Below, one piece after another: positions 1-9,570 of a DNA stretch of 64,000 nucleotides; within the stretch, counting starts at the first letter, position 1; each line of letters starts with the position of its first letter. A program made the position numbers and the translations under genes. The notes under the pieces were generated by a model, which was not told where the DNA came from, ran no database searches, and saw only the letters and a list, made by a program, of their open reading frames with translations. The DNA comes from an uncultured Candidatus Saccharibacteria bacterium (lineage in GTDB: Bacteria > Patescibacteriota > WWE3 > 2-01-FULL-39-13), in contig CAYJKF010000003.1 of assembly GCA_964370865.1 (NCBI GenBank), positions 7,735-71,734 of the forward strand. The letters are read 5' to 3'.

Positions 1-2
1 TT

Positions 3-1229
3 TTGGTTGATGTAGAAAGTGATGCACCTGAAGCTGAAAGTAACGTAGATGTTGATGAAAAAGTCGAAATTAAAGAGGTTGGCAGTGTTTTAGGAGCTTC
101 TACAATGCCAGCAACAGGTTCTAACTTTGGCTTCACACTATTTGGGGCAAGCTTAGTTCTACTTGGGCTTCTTGTAAGATTTAGAAGATTCTTTAAGAAA
201 CCTGTACAAATAGCTTTATTTACTCTAGCTTTATCAGTTTTCGCTGTTACTAAAGTAAACGCGTCAACATTAAATGCAAGGCTATACGAACCAAATGATA
301 ATGTTAATTCAACATTTAAATTAGATTTTGTAGTTCTATCTATGAATCAAAGTGATGGTGTTATAGTAGATTGTTATGTTAAAAGACCTGGTGAAGGTTC
401 TTTCTCAGTATTCCAAACGGTTAATTTAATAGCTGGTGGCACTTCATCTACATGTGATGTAAATAATTCTGTATTAACAACATCCAGTCTTACTCCATAT
501 GAATTCTACATAGAAGCTACTCAAGGTGTTAACAATGCCACTTCTGGAACTGTGGATACAAGATATGATTCTGCAGGACCAAATAAACCAGAAGATTTTG
601 ATGTCGATAGAGATAATGAGTGCGAATACGATATTGAATTCAAAACAGCTAACGACGGACAGACTGCAAAAGTTGAAGTTTACAGATCAACAAATGATGT
701 ATTTCCAGTAAATGACTCAACAAGGGTTAAAACAATAGTAATTGGTCCAAATACCGAACATAGTTTCACAGATACAGTAGCCGGTGTATTATGTGGAGAG
801 GTAAATTACTATGCTCTCAGAGCGTTTGACTCAGCAGGAAATGCCTCAGATGTAGCTAATCAAGATTATGATGAAACTTCAACCAAGACAGTTACCGTTT
901 CAACAACCTCCTCGGAGGGCAATGAAGGTGGTACCGCAGGTACAGGAGGAACAACTGGAGGCATTGGTGGAGCGATATTAATAGAAGAGGGTAGTGGCGC
1001 AGTAGCAACTCCAACCGACGAAGAAGGAGCCGTAGCTGGTACAACAGATGAAGAAGGTAATTCTATCGATGGATTGGAAATTATTGATACTGATGACTCA
1101 GAAGATGATGAATCAAATCCCTCAGTTCTTGGTGACACAGACAAACCATTTAACTGGTGGATTGTTTTAGGTATCCTTGGAGCAGGAATTGTTGGCTATG
1201 TCGGATACAAATACTTCGCAAGAAAATAA
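3..1229 (+). CDS. Cell-surface protein, 5'-partial (continues upstream of window). It has an N-x-S/T-rich ectodomain, a Gly/Thr- and Asp/Glu-rich stalk and a C-terminal hydrophobic anchor with basic tail. It also carries an internal LPXTG-like module (MPATG + hydrophobic stretch + RFRRFFKK) followed by a second signal-anchor-like helix.
   Basis: Uninterrupted ORF from the window edge. Hydrophobic/charged pattern read from the translation. Many N-x-S/T sequons. Its 3' end overlaps a sortase-like gene. Confidence 0.55.
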   Translation: MVDVESDAPEAESNVDVDEKVEIKEVGSVLGASTMPATGSNFGFTLFGASLVLLGLLVRFRRFFKKPVQIALFTLALSVFAVTKVNASTLNARLYEPNDNVNSTFKLDFVVLSMNQSDGVIVDCYVKRPGEGSFSVFQTVNLIAGGTSSTCDVNNSVLTTSSLTPYEFYIEATQGVNNATSGTVDTRYDSAGPNKPEDFDVDRDNECEYDIEFKTANDGQTAKVEVYRSTNDVFPVNDSTRVKTIVIGPNTEHSFTDTVAGVLCGEVNYYALRAFDSAGNASDVANQDYDETSTKTVTVSTTSSEGNEGGTAGTGGTTGGIGGAILIEEGSGAVATPTDEEGAVAGTTDEEGNSIDGLEIIDTDDSEDDESNPSVLGDTDKPFNWWIVLGILGAGIVGYVGYKYFARK

Positions 1230-1884
1230 AAAATACTTACAAGTCATAAGAAGGTCCATAAACGTTAACAGCGTTTCAAACCTTCTTATTTTGTTAGGAT
1301 TTGTAATTCTGTTTCTAACTTATTATAAAATTGCTTTTTATGAGTCACGTTACATCGTGTCCAAAGTCCTAACAGAAAATTCTGCTAATGATAGTAAAAC
1401 CACTTCCGCAAGTGACAACAATGCAAGTAAGGAAATTGACTTAACCGACGAGACTCGAATCATAATTCCAAAACTCCAAATAGATGCGCCCATTATTTTA
1501 GATATTGATCCATATAATGTGGCTGATTATCAAATAGCATTATCCAAAGGTGTCGCCCTATCAAAAACATCTGCAGACTTAGATGAGTTAGGTAGATCTT
1601 TCATCTTTGCACATTCCTCAGAGAACTTCTATGAAGCAAGCCGATATAATTCCATTTTTTATTTAGTAAATAAACTTGAAGCTGGTGACAAATTCTACAT
1701 AACGTACAAAAGTCAGCTTTATGAATACGAAGTAAAAGGCAGGGAATATGTTAAGCCTGATAGAGTTGATTTGATGTCAGCAAAAACTGATAACACAACT
1801 AAAGAGCTATATTTAATGACTTGTTGGCCACCAGGAACCACTTTCCAACGCTTAATAGTTAAGGCAGAATTAATTAACAAGTGA
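1177..1884 (+). CDS. Sortase-family transpeptidase, N-terminally membrane-anchored. The true start is probably an internal Met, e.g. MSDTNTSQ.
   Basis: N-terminal TM helix (LLILLGFVILFLTYY). Conserved His (FIFAHSS), catalytic TLxTC-like LYLMTCWPPG and downstream Arg (TTFQRLIV), in sortase order and spacing. Confidence 0.6.
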   Translation: MEQELLAMSDTNTSQENKKYLQVIRRSINVNSVSNLLILLGFVILFLTYYKIAFYESRYIVSKVLTENSANDSKTTSASDNNASKEIDLTDETRIIIPKLQIDAPIILDIDPYNVADYQIALSKGVALSKTSADLDELGRSFIFAHSSENFYEASRYNSIFYLVNKLEAGDKFYITYKSQLYEYEVKGREYVKPDRVDLMSAKTDNTTKELYLMTCWPPGTTFQRLIVKAELINK

Positions 1885-1896
1885 TAGACTATTTGT

Positions 1897-2247
1897 ATGC
1901 TTAAGCAAATTATAAAACTCTTTCTGGATGCATTAGCATTGATTTTAGTTTCTTATATTTTACCTTCACTCCAAATCTCCGATTATGTGACTGCACTTAT
2001 TGCCGTTTTAGTAATTGCTCTAGTTAATATGTTTATTAAGCCTATTGTTCATATACTTACATTGCCAATTAATATTGTTACGCTGGGATTATTTACATTA
2101 TTAATTAATGCGGCTATGTTCGCACTTGCTGCTTACTTTGTAGATGGATTTGAAATAGCCAATCTATTAACTGCAGTTCTTGGTTCGATACTATTTTCGA
2201 TTTTCTCTTTTGCCTTTGCCACTTTATTAAACGTTAATTCAGATTAA
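1897..2247 (+). CDS. YvlD/DUF360-family (phage-holin-4-like) small integral membrane protein
   Basis: Four predicted TM helices. Close resemblance to B. subtilis YvlD across ...ALIAVLVIALVNMFIKPIVHILTLPINIVTLGLFTLLINAAM... Confidence 0.65.
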   Translation: MLKQIIKLFLDALALILVSYILPSLQISDYVTALIAVLVIALVNMFIKPIVHILTLPINIVTLGLFTLLINAAMFALAAYFVDGFEIANLLTAVLGSILFSIFSFAFATLLNVNSD

Positions 2248-2259
2248 ATTTTTGGGAAA

Positions 2260-2829
2260 GTGAATAAAATTAAAACTCTGTCTCTTCTGACATTTTCAAT
2301 ATTACTTCTTGTTGTATTTTTATACTGGCAAGGACGACCGTTCATTTGTGAGTGTGGAACTATATCATTGTGGTCGGGAAACATATGGAGTTCAGAAAAC
2401 TCACAACAATTCTCTGATCCATATTCATTTACTCATTTACAACACGGTCTAGTATTCTTCATTTTAATTGCCATCCTTCTACCAAAGCTTAAAGCTAATA
2501 CAAAATTCTTAATAGCCATTTTTGTCGAGGTTCTTTGGGAAATTGTTGAGAACAGTACTTACGTTATTAATATCTATAGAACTAACACTGCATCACTTGG
2601 CTATACAGGTGATTCAATACTCAATTCTATCGGGGACATTCTGTTCTGTGTAATAGGTTATTTGATTGCCAAAAGGCTCGGTATTAAGAAGGCCATCATA
2701 CTATTCCTATTTATTGAAGTCACTATGGTTTACCTATTAAGAGATAGCCTAATTCTAAATATAATCACTATGATTCATCCATTTGAAAGTATCGTCAATT
2801 GGCAATTAGAAGCTGCCATAGCTATTTAA
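2260..2829 (+). CDS. Multi-pass membrane protein, UPF0314-like (ICxCG...LW.G...SSENSQ motif)
   Basis: Several hydrophobic helices. Motif FICECGTISLWSGNIWSSENSQ recalled from the UPF0314 family; the family assignment is from memory only. Confidence 0.4.
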   Translation: MNKIKTLSLLTFSILLLVVFLYWQGRPFICECGTISLWSGNIWSSENSQQFSDPYSFTHLQHGLVFFILIAILLPKLKANTKFLIAIFVEVLWEIVENSTYVINIYRTNTASLGYTGDSILNSIGDILFCVIGYLIAKRLGIKKAIILFLFIEVTMVYLLRDSLILNIITMIHPFESIVNWQLEAAIAI

Positions 2830-2969
2830 GACTAGATATGGTAATCTACTCCAAGTTAATTTTAAACGGCAACTTAGCCGCTATATCGACTAAAAACCAT
2901 AGAACACGCAGGCTAAACCACTTTGCTCTCGAAATCTTCAGTTTTTACTCCATATAAAAACAAGTAAAT

Positions 2970-4169
2970 ATGTATAAACAAAGCTTTAGTAGGTACAGAA
3001 ATGCCTCACGTGGTCCTAGTAGAAATGGTTCAGGTAGACGTCAAGGAGGAGGTCGTGGAAGATCAGCCGGTTTCCAAGATTTCTCAAAATTCATAAACAA
3101 GAATCCAGAAGATGTTATTGTAGAAGCATTTACACCACAAATTCAAATAAATGATTTGCCATTAGTTAGTGCTTTAAAGGCAAATATTATCAAAAAGGGT
3201 TACACGCAGTTAACTCCGATTCAAGATCAAGCCATTCCATTAGTAATGCAAGGTAAAGATCTTATTGGGGTTGCTAATACCGGAACAGGTAAAACAGCTG
3301 CATTTTTAATTCCGTTTATAAATAAGGCTTACAACGATATAAATCAGAGAGTCTTAATCATAGCTCCAACTAGAGAGTTAGCACAGCAAATTAATACTGA
3401 ATTTAGATCATTTAGCCAAGGCTTAAATCTCTATTCCGTTTTATGTATAGGTGGAACTAATATGTTCGCTCAAAGAAGAGAATTGAGCAAAGTTCACAAC
3501 TTTCTAATTTGTACACCTGGTAGAGTTAAGGATTTAACTCAAAGAGGTTGGGTAAATTTGTCATTATATAAGAATGTTGTAGTCGATGAAGTCGACAGAA
3601 TGTTTGACATGGGTTTTCAAAATGATATTCAATTTATATTAGGATCAGTTGCAAAAGAGAGACAAACTTTATTTTTCTCGGCAACAGTATCAAGTGAAAT
3701 TGAAGTCTTGATTAATAAGTATCTTGTTCAGCCAGAAAAGATTGTTATGAAGCAAAAAACTAGCTCTGCAAATATTATGCAGGATATAATTAGGACCTCA
3801 TCTCAAAAAGAAAAAATGGAAGTCTTGCACGATATGTTAATTAAAGAAGAATTCACAAAAGTTCTTATCTTCATTAAAACTAAATGGAATCTTGCAGAAA
3901 TCGAAGTTGAACTAAAAGATAGAGGTTTTAAAGTGGAGTCAATTCATGGCAATAAGTCACAAGCTCACAGACAAAGGTCCTTATCGAACTTTAAAGAGAA
4001 TAGAATTAAGATTTTATTAGCTACTGATGTAGCAGCTAGAGGACTGGATATAGATAACGTTTCTCATGTTATTAACTATGATCTTCCAGCGACTTATGAA
4101 GATTATGTTCATAGGATTGGAAGAACAGGAAGAGCTAACAATAAAGGTGTGGCTTTGACGTTCGTCTAA
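2970..4169 (+). CDS. DEAD-box ATP-dependent RNA helicase with an Arg/Gly-rich N-terminus; motif II is DEVD
   Basis: Q motif (TPIQ), motif I ANTGTGKTAAF, Ia PTRELAQQ, TPGR, motif II VVDEVD, SAT, motif VI HRIGRTGRA. Confidence 0.9.
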   Translation: MYKQSFSRYRNASRGPSRNGSGRRQGGGRGRSAGFQDFSKFINKNPEDVIVEAFTPQIQINDLPLVSALKANIIKKGYTQLTPIQDQAIPLVMQGKDLIGVANTGTGKTAAFLIPFINKAYNDINQRVLIIAPTRELAQQINTEFRSFSQGLNLYSVLCIGGTNMFAQRRELSKVHNFLICTPGRVKDLTQRGWVNLSLYKNVVVDEVDRMFDMGFQNDIQFILGSVAKERQTLFFSATVSSEIEVLINKYLVQPEKIVMKQKTSSANIMQDIIRTSSQKEKMEVLHDMLIKEEFTKVLIFIKTKWNLAEIEVELKDRGFKVESIHGNKSQAHRQRSLSNFKENRIKILLATDVAARGLDIDNVSHVINYDLPATYEDYVHRIGRTGRANNKGVALTFV

Positions 4170-4178
4170 AATATATTC

Positions 4179-4207
4179 TTGACTCATTTCCCCCAACAGG
4201 CTACTAT
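4179..4207 (+). promoter_or_regulatory. Putative sigma70-like promoter of the csoR-copA operon (-35 TTGACT, 17-nt spacer, -10 TACTAT)
   Basis: Hexamers read directly at 4179-4184 and 4202-4207, upstream of the csoR ATG at 4227. Confidence 0.45.
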
Positions 4208-4227
4208 ATCCCCATAGGGGGGATATA
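4205..4227 (+). promoter_or_regulatory. CsoR-type operator: GC-core inverted repeat TATATCCCC-ATA-GGGGGGATATA overlapping the -10/TSS region and abutting the csoR start codon
   Basis: Near-perfect palindrome read in the sequence. It resembles the known B. subtilis/M. tuberculosis CsoR operator (ATACCC...GGGTAT type). It lies immediately upstream of a CsoR-family gene and a copper ATPase gene. Confidence 0.65.
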
Positions 4228-4496
4228 TGTCGTACACACCAAAAGACTCAAAAGAAAGAATTCTACATAGATTAAAAATAGCAAACGGTCACCTTAAAAA
4301 AGTGCAAGATATGATGCAAGACGATGCATATTGCATTGATATAATCCATCAATCGAAAGCCATTCAAAAAGCCTTAAAAGAGGTTGATAATTTAATACTT
4401 GAAAACCACCTTAATGGTTGTGTTGCTGATGCAATCAGCCAAGGCAACAAAGATGAAGCGATATCAGAGGTAATGAATATTTTTAAAAAATCCTAG
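4227..4496 (+). CDS. csoR: CsoR/RcnR-family metal-sensing transcriptional repressor (copper-sensitive operon repressor)
   Basis: 89 aa with the conserved Cys-His-Cys ligand pattern (...YCIDIIHQ...NGCV) typical of CsoR (DUF156). Directly precedes copA. Confidence 0.85.
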   Translation: MSYTPKDSKERILHRLKIANGHLKKVQDMMQDDAYCIDIIHQSKAIQKALKEVDNLILENHLNGCVADAISQGNKDEAISEVMNIFKKS

Positions 4497-4497
4497 A

Positions 4498-6789
4498 ATG
4501 ATTAACAAAAAATTTGAAGTTAAAGGAATGCACTGTGCAAGTTGCAGCTCGATTATAAAAAAGAAAATATCTAAACTTCCTGGGGTCGAAGAATGCCATA
4601 TAAACTACGCAACAGAGAAAGCCAATATTTCATTTGATCCAAAAAATGTATCCGTTAATCAGATGAATAGTGAAATTAATAAACTTGGATATTCAATCAT
4701 TGACACCGAAAGTGATATTACCAGTTCCAGCAAAACAAATGAGCACATGGATCACACTCATCATACCGGAATTTCGATGACTAAGGAAGATAAATTAACT
4801 GAACTTAATAAGGCGAAAGTTAAGGTCAGTTTTGCTATGCCCATAACTTTACAAATTTTCACAATAATGATGTGGGATATTGCATCTAAAATATTCGAGT
4901 GGATTCCTATGATGCCTATAAATATGGAAATCCTAAATGCGATTTCTTTTGTACTTGCAACAATCTTTATATTTTGGATAGGACAATCATTTTTAGAAGG
5001 GGCAATACGTTTCTTTAGATATCGAGTTGCTAATATGGATACGCTTATTGGTATTGGGACGATTTCAGCTTTTATTTACAGCAGTGCAATATTTTTATTT
5101 CCGCAAATTATAGAACTATTAAATGCTCCTAATCATACCTATTTTGATGTAACTATCGTTGTTATTGGGTTTGTGACTTTTGGTAAGTATTTAGAAGCGA
5201 AATCTAAATTAAAAACAGGGGAGGCAATCGAGAAATTGCTTAAACTCCAAGCAAAAACAGCTACCGTTATTCGAGACGGCAAGGAAGAAGAGTTACCAAT
5301 TGAAAGTGTTGTCGTTGATGACATTATTATAGTAAAGCCTGGTGCAAAGATTCCTTTAGATGGAATTATTATTGAAGGTCAAACTTCAGTAGATGAATCA
5401 ATGATTACTGGCGAACCAATTCCTGAAGATAAAAAAGTAGGGGACATTGTAATCGGTGCCACTATAAATAAACAAGGTAATATAAGATATAAAGCCACAA
5501 AAGTCGGTTCAGATACAATGCTTTCACAAATCATTAAGTTGGTAGAAGACGCACAGGGCTCTCAAGCACAAATTCAAAACCTAGCAGATAAAATTTCTTC
5601 AATTTTCGTACCTATCGTTTTGGTTATATCTGTATGCGTTTTGGTTCTATGGCTAACTATAGGTAGCTATTTTATGGGATTTTCTAGTGGATTATCATAT
5701 GGAATATTATCTTTTGTAGGCATCCTGGTAATTGCATGTCCATGTGCACTTGGTTTAGCTACTCCAACAGCAATTATTGTTGGAGTTGGTAAAGGTGCAG
5801 AAAATGGAATCTTAATTAAAAATGCCGAAAGCCTAGAGAAACTTTATAAAGTAACAACTCTTGTATTTGATAAGACAGGAACAATTACAAAAGGTAAACC
5901 AACGGTTACGGATATTGTCTCATTTAATAATAACTTTACGCTTGAAGATTTACTTGGTAAGGCTTCAAGTTTAGAAAAGCTTTCAAGTCATCCACTGGCA
6001 ATGGCCGTAACTGAAAAAGCTTCTGAACTTAAATTGGAAAATTTAAAAGTCGAGAGTTTTAAAGAAACTGATGGGGTCGGAGTTGAAGGATTAATTCACA
6101 ACTTGAAAGTAATTGTGCGAAAACCAGTTAATTCAGAAAATCAAAATGAGACTATTCAACGTCTACAGAGCGAAGGAAAGACTGTTATTGTGGTCGAAGA
6201 AGAATCATATTTAATAGGCGCTATAGCAATTAGCGACACAATTAAAGAAACAGCTGTGGGGGCTATTAAGAAACTTCACTTACTTGGAATTAAAACTGTA
6301 ATGTTAACAGGGGATAACAGCAAAGCGGCTAATTTTATTGCTAAACAAGTTGGAATCGATATTGTGAAAGCTGAGGTTATGCCACAGGATAAATCAGCTG
6401 TAATAAAAGATCTTCAAAAAGATGGTGCAATCGTGGCAATGGCAGGGGATGGTATAAATGACGCTCCAGCCTTAACACAAGCCGACGTAGGCGTAGCTAT
6501 GGCTACTGGTACTGATATTGCAATTGAGTCTTCAGATATAATTCTATTACACGGCGATATATCTAAAATTCCACAAGCTTTTAAACTATCTCATTCAACC
6601 ATTCGAACGATAAAGCAAAATCTGTTTTGGGCATTCATTTACAATGTAGTAGGAATACCTCTTGCTGCAGGAGCTCTCTATCCTTTCTTTGGAATATTTT
6701 TAAACCCTGTATTTGCAGGGCTAGCTATGGCATTATCTTCTGTATCAGTTGTAAGTAATTCATTATTATTAAAGAGGTTAAAACTATGA
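4498..6789 (+). CDS. copA: Copper-translocating P1B-type ATPase
   Basis: N-terminal HMA domain GMHCASC, TM CPC motif (ACPCALG), DKTGTIT phosphorylation site, GDGINDAP hinge. Confidence 0.95.
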   Translation: MINKKFEVKGMHCASCSSIIKKKISKLPGVEECHINYATEKANISFDPKNVSVNQMNSEINKLGYSIIDTESDITSSSKTNEHMDHTHHTGISMTKEDKLTELNKAKVKVSFAMPITLQIFTIMMWDIASKIFEWIPMMPINMEILNAISFVLATIFIFWIGQSFLEGAIRFFRYRVANMDTLIGIGTISAFIYSSAIFLFPQIIELLNAPNHTYFDVTIVVIGFVTFGKYLEAKSKLKTGEAIEKLLKLQAKTATVIRDGKEEELPIESVVVDDIIIVKPGAKIPLDGIIIEGQTSVDESMITGEPIPEDKKVGDIVIGATINKQGNIRYKATKVGSDTMLSQIIKLVEDAQGSQAQIQNLADKISSIFVPIVLVISVCVLVLWLTIGSYFMGFSSGLSYGILSFVGILVIACPCALGLATPTAIIVGVGKGAENGILIKNAESLEKLYKVTTLVFDKTGTITKGKPTVTDIVSFNNNFTLEDLLGKASSLEKLSSHPLAMAVTEKASELKLENLKVESFKETDGVGVEGLIHNLKVIVRKPVNSENQNETIQRLQSEGKTVIVVEEESYLIGAIAISDTIKETAVGAIKKLHLLGIKTVMLTGDNSKAANFIAKQVGIDIVKAEVMPQDKSAVIKDLQKDGAIVAMAGDGINDAPALTQADVGVAMATGTDIAIESSDIILLHGDISKIPQAFKLSHSTIRTIKQNLFWAFIYNVVGIPLAAGALYPFFGIFLNPVFAGLAMALSSVSVVSNSLLLKRLKL

Positions 6790-7814
6790 TAGATAATTTA
6801 TGGGTAGTGTTCATTACTGGATTAACGGTTGGTGGACTTACTTGTCTTGCAGTCCAAGGTGGACTTCTTGCCTCTGTATTGGCAAGTAAAGAAAATGAAA
6901 ATCCTAACAGCAAAGATATTCGTAAAAAAACTATTATTGCTACAGGTGCTTTTCTTATCTCTAAGCTTATTGCTTATGCATCTTTAGGGTTTGTACTTGG
7001 TGCATTTGGATCAGCATTAAGTATTAGTGATGATGTACAAGTTTTAATGCAACTCGCCGCAGGATTATATATGGTTGCGGTTGCTCTAAATTTGCTCGAG
7101 GTACATCCGATATTTAGGTATGTTATTTTTCAACCTCCTAAATTTTTAACTAAGTTAGTGAGAAATCAGACAAAATCAAAGGACTTATTTGCCCCAGCAC
7201 TACTAGGAGCTATGACAGTTTTTATTCCATGTGGAACTACGATAGCTATGGAAACGCTTGCAATAAGCTCTGCCAATCCAATATATGGGGCTGCAATTAT
7301 GGCTGCATTTACGCTTGGAACAATTCCTGCATTTCTTGGAATCGGAGTTCTTACTTCATTCTTAGGTGAAACTTTTAAATCAAAATTTTTAAAAGTTGCG
7401 GCTTTTGCCGTTCTATATTTAGGTGTTACATCTATCTGGGGATCGTTTACTGCACTCGGTTTCACATTTCAAGTCGGTGAAGGACCAAATCGTAATACTA
7501 AAGAGAATACAGCAATCCTTGGATCGCAAAGTGAAGAAAATCAACCAATAGATCAGGAAGTAGAAATTAATATTACCTCCTCAGGATACTCACCTGCATA
7601 CATTCAGGTTAAACAGGGATCAAGAGTTAGAGTTACATTGATTGGAAAAGGCGCATATTCATGTGCAGCTGCTTTTAGAATACCTTCTCTTGGAATATCT
7701 GAGAATCTATCTCCAAATGATAAAGTTCAATTTAGTTTTACACCTCAAAATAAAGGAAAAATACCATTTAATTGCTCAATGGGAATGTATACAGGAGTAA
7801 TAGAAGTATTATGA
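6786..7814 (+). CDS. Integral membrane protein (DsbD_2/CcdA-like TM domain with single Cys in two helices) fused to a C-terminal cupredoxin-like putative copper-binding domain
   Basis: About 6 TM helices (LTCLAVQGG..., VFIPCGTT...). C-terminal about 90 aa beta-rich domain with Cys/His/Met (SCAAAF...[11 protein letters not shown]). Start overlaps the copA stop, in the copper operon. Confidence 0.5.
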   Translation: MIDNLWVVFITGLTVGGLTCLAVQGGLLASVLASKENENPNSKDIRKKTIIATGAFLISKLIAYASLGFVLGAFGSALSISDDVQVLMQLAAGLYMVAVALNLLEVHPIFRYVIFQPPKFLTKLVRNQTKSKDLFAPALLGAMTVFIPCGTTIAMETLAISSANPIYGAAIMAAFTLGTIPAFLGIGVLTSFLGETFKSKFLKVAAFAVLYLGVTSIWGSFTALGFTFQVGEGPNRNTKENTAILGSQSEENQPIDQEVEINITSSGYSPAYIQVKQGSRVRVTLIGKGAYSCAAAFRIPSLGISENLSPNDKVQFSFTPQNKGKIPFNCSMGMYTGVIEVL

Positions 7815-8044
7815 AAGTAATAACACTAAAAATACTTGGAATGCACTGTACAGCTTGTGCTATGAATATTGATTTTGATTTAGAAGACTTAGACGGAGTT
7901 AAAAATTCAACAACAAACTATGCCAAACAAACATGTGAAGTTGAATTTGATGAAAGTCTTATTACAGTTGATCAACTACAAGAACAGATCAAAAAAATAG
8001 GTTACGATTCAGAGGTTTTCTCCACCACTACTATTTCTTCTTAA
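7811..8044 (+). CDS. copZ: HMA-domain copper chaperone
   Basis: [20 protein letters not shown] (GMxCxxC). The ATG overlaps the upstream stop (ATGA). The ORF track gives a longer form from 7772. Confidence 0.85.
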   Translation: MKVITLKILGMHCTACAMNIDFDLEDLDGVKNSTTNYAKQTCEVEFDESLITVDQLQEQIKKIGYDSEVFSTTTISS

Positions 8045-9413
8045 TATTTATCTTTAAATCTCTTAGTTGAATTTCAGTAACTTCACTTGGAGCATTCATT
8101 ACTGAGGTCTGACCATTTCCTGTCATTGGAAATGCCTGAACTTCTCGTAAATATTTCTCACCTGTAAGATTCATAATGCAACGCTCTACTCCAATAGCTA
8201 TACCACCATGTGGAGGCGTTCCAAATTGAAAGGCTTCAATCATATGACCGACGCTTTCCATCATTTCATCTTTTGAGTAACCCATTATTTTGTAAGTGGC
8301 TTCTAATATTTCAGATTTGTGAGCTCTAATACTACCTCCACCTGATTCATATCCATTACAAACTAAGTCATATTGAGTTGTTAATATTTGATCGATATTC
8401 TCACCTTTCATATGCCAGTCTAAATGTTCTGGAATAGGCATCGAAAATGGATTATGACTGAATGTCCACTTTCCATCCGATGTCTTTTCGAAAAAAGGAA
8501 ATTCAATAACCCAAGCGTAGGAGAGTACTCCGTCTTCTTTTTCTTGCTCAGTTCTGAGGTCAAATTTATCTGCCCCATACTTATCCATAGCATCTTTATA
8601 TGTAATTCTTGGGAATGGTTTTTCTTTTAACTTAAATCCCATACTTTCAACAACGGTAATCATCATTTCCTCAACAGTATTCATTACATCATTCATATCG
8701 ACAAATGACATTTCTAAATCGATTTGAGTATGTTCAAATCCTCTATCTGCCCTTAAATCTTCATCTCTAAGAGCCCTAGCTATTTGAAAATACCTCTCAA
8801 AACCAGCAGTCATTAATAATTGTTTATATTGTTGCGGTGACTGGGGGAGTGCATAGAATTTTCCGGGTTGGAGTCTTGAAGGAACTATAAAATCTCGTGA
8901 ACCTTCTGGAGTTGATTTCGTTAATAATGGAGTTTCAATTTCAACAAAATCCTTAGAAAATAAAGCTTCACGTGCCTTTTGAACAAAGTCACTTCTAAGT
9001 CTTATATTTTTTTGTAATCTCTGGGTTCTAAGATCTAAGTATCTATATTTTAAACGTGTGTTCTCCTCAATATTTGCAGTATCTTTACTAATTTCAAATG
9101 GGGGAGTTTTTGATTCGTTTAATATGGTTAATTGAGTGGCTTCTAACTCAACGGTCCCAGTTTCAATTTCTGTATTTATCATTGACTGAGGTCTTGCCTT
9201 AACAAGTCCTTCTATTTCAATAACGAATTCATCTCTAAGGGCTTTAGCTTGTTCAACGATTTCGCCTGCAAATACTACTTGAAGAAGTCCACTTCTGTCT
9301 TTAAGGTCCAAAAAAATAATTTTTCCATGTCCTCTTACAGAATTAACCCATCCTTTAACGAGTACGGTTTCTCCTACTTTTGACATGGTTTCTTTTATAA
9401 TAGTGCGGTTCAT
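8031..9413 (-). CDS. aspS: Aspartyl-tRNA synthetase, short form (460 aa, no GAD insertion domain)
   Basis: N-terminal OB fold. Class II motif 2 signature FYALPQSPQQYKQLLM...FERYFQIARALRDEDLRADRGFEHTQIDLEMSF matches AspRS. Motif 3 is GGIAIGVER. Confidence 0.9.
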   Translation of the reverse strand: MNRTIIKETMSKVGETVLVKGWVNSVRGHGKIIFLDLKDRSGLLQVVFAGEIVEQAKALRDEFVIEIEGLVKARPQSMINTEIETGTVELEATQLTILNESKTPPFEISKDTANIEENTRLKYRYLDLRTQRLQKNIRLRSDFVQKAREALFSKDFVEIETPLLTKSTPEGSRDFIVPSRLQPGKFYALPQSPQQYKQLLMTAGFERYFQIARALRDEDLRADRGFEHTQIDLEMSFVDMNDVMNTVEEMMITVVESMGFKLKEKPFPRITYKDAMDKYGADKFDLRTEQEKEDGVLSYAWVIEFPFFEKTSDGKWTFSHNPFSMPIPEHLDWHMKGENIDQILTTQYDLVCNGYESGGGSIRAHKSEILEATYKIMGYSKDEMMESVGHMIEAFQFGTPPHGGIAIGVERCIMNLTGEKYLREVQAFPMTGNGQTSVMNAPSEVTEIQLRDLKINIKKK

Positions 9414-9570
9414 TTGTATTTTATTGAAATATGTATATGGAGATTATACTCGAAATATGGGCTATTTTTAATAGCCTTTCATTATTAATTCTTACAAATA
9501 AATTCTAACAGATTTTCGTATCAATCCAGGCATACCTTTGAAATAGAATTGTATATGATAAAATCCCCTA

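Noticed and set aside
866-1144. 92-aa antisense ORF inside the surface-protein gene
   Set aside because: Low-complexity Ser/Pro/Val translation of the opposite strand of a Gly/Thr/Glu-rich coding region. Typical antisense artefact.
5139-5324. 61-aa antisense ORF within copA
   Set aside because: Fully embedded antisense in a high-confidence gene. No motifs.
7166-7465. 99-aa antisense ORF within the membrane/cupredoxin gene
   Set aside because: Embedded antisense ORF. Composition mirrors the sense strand.
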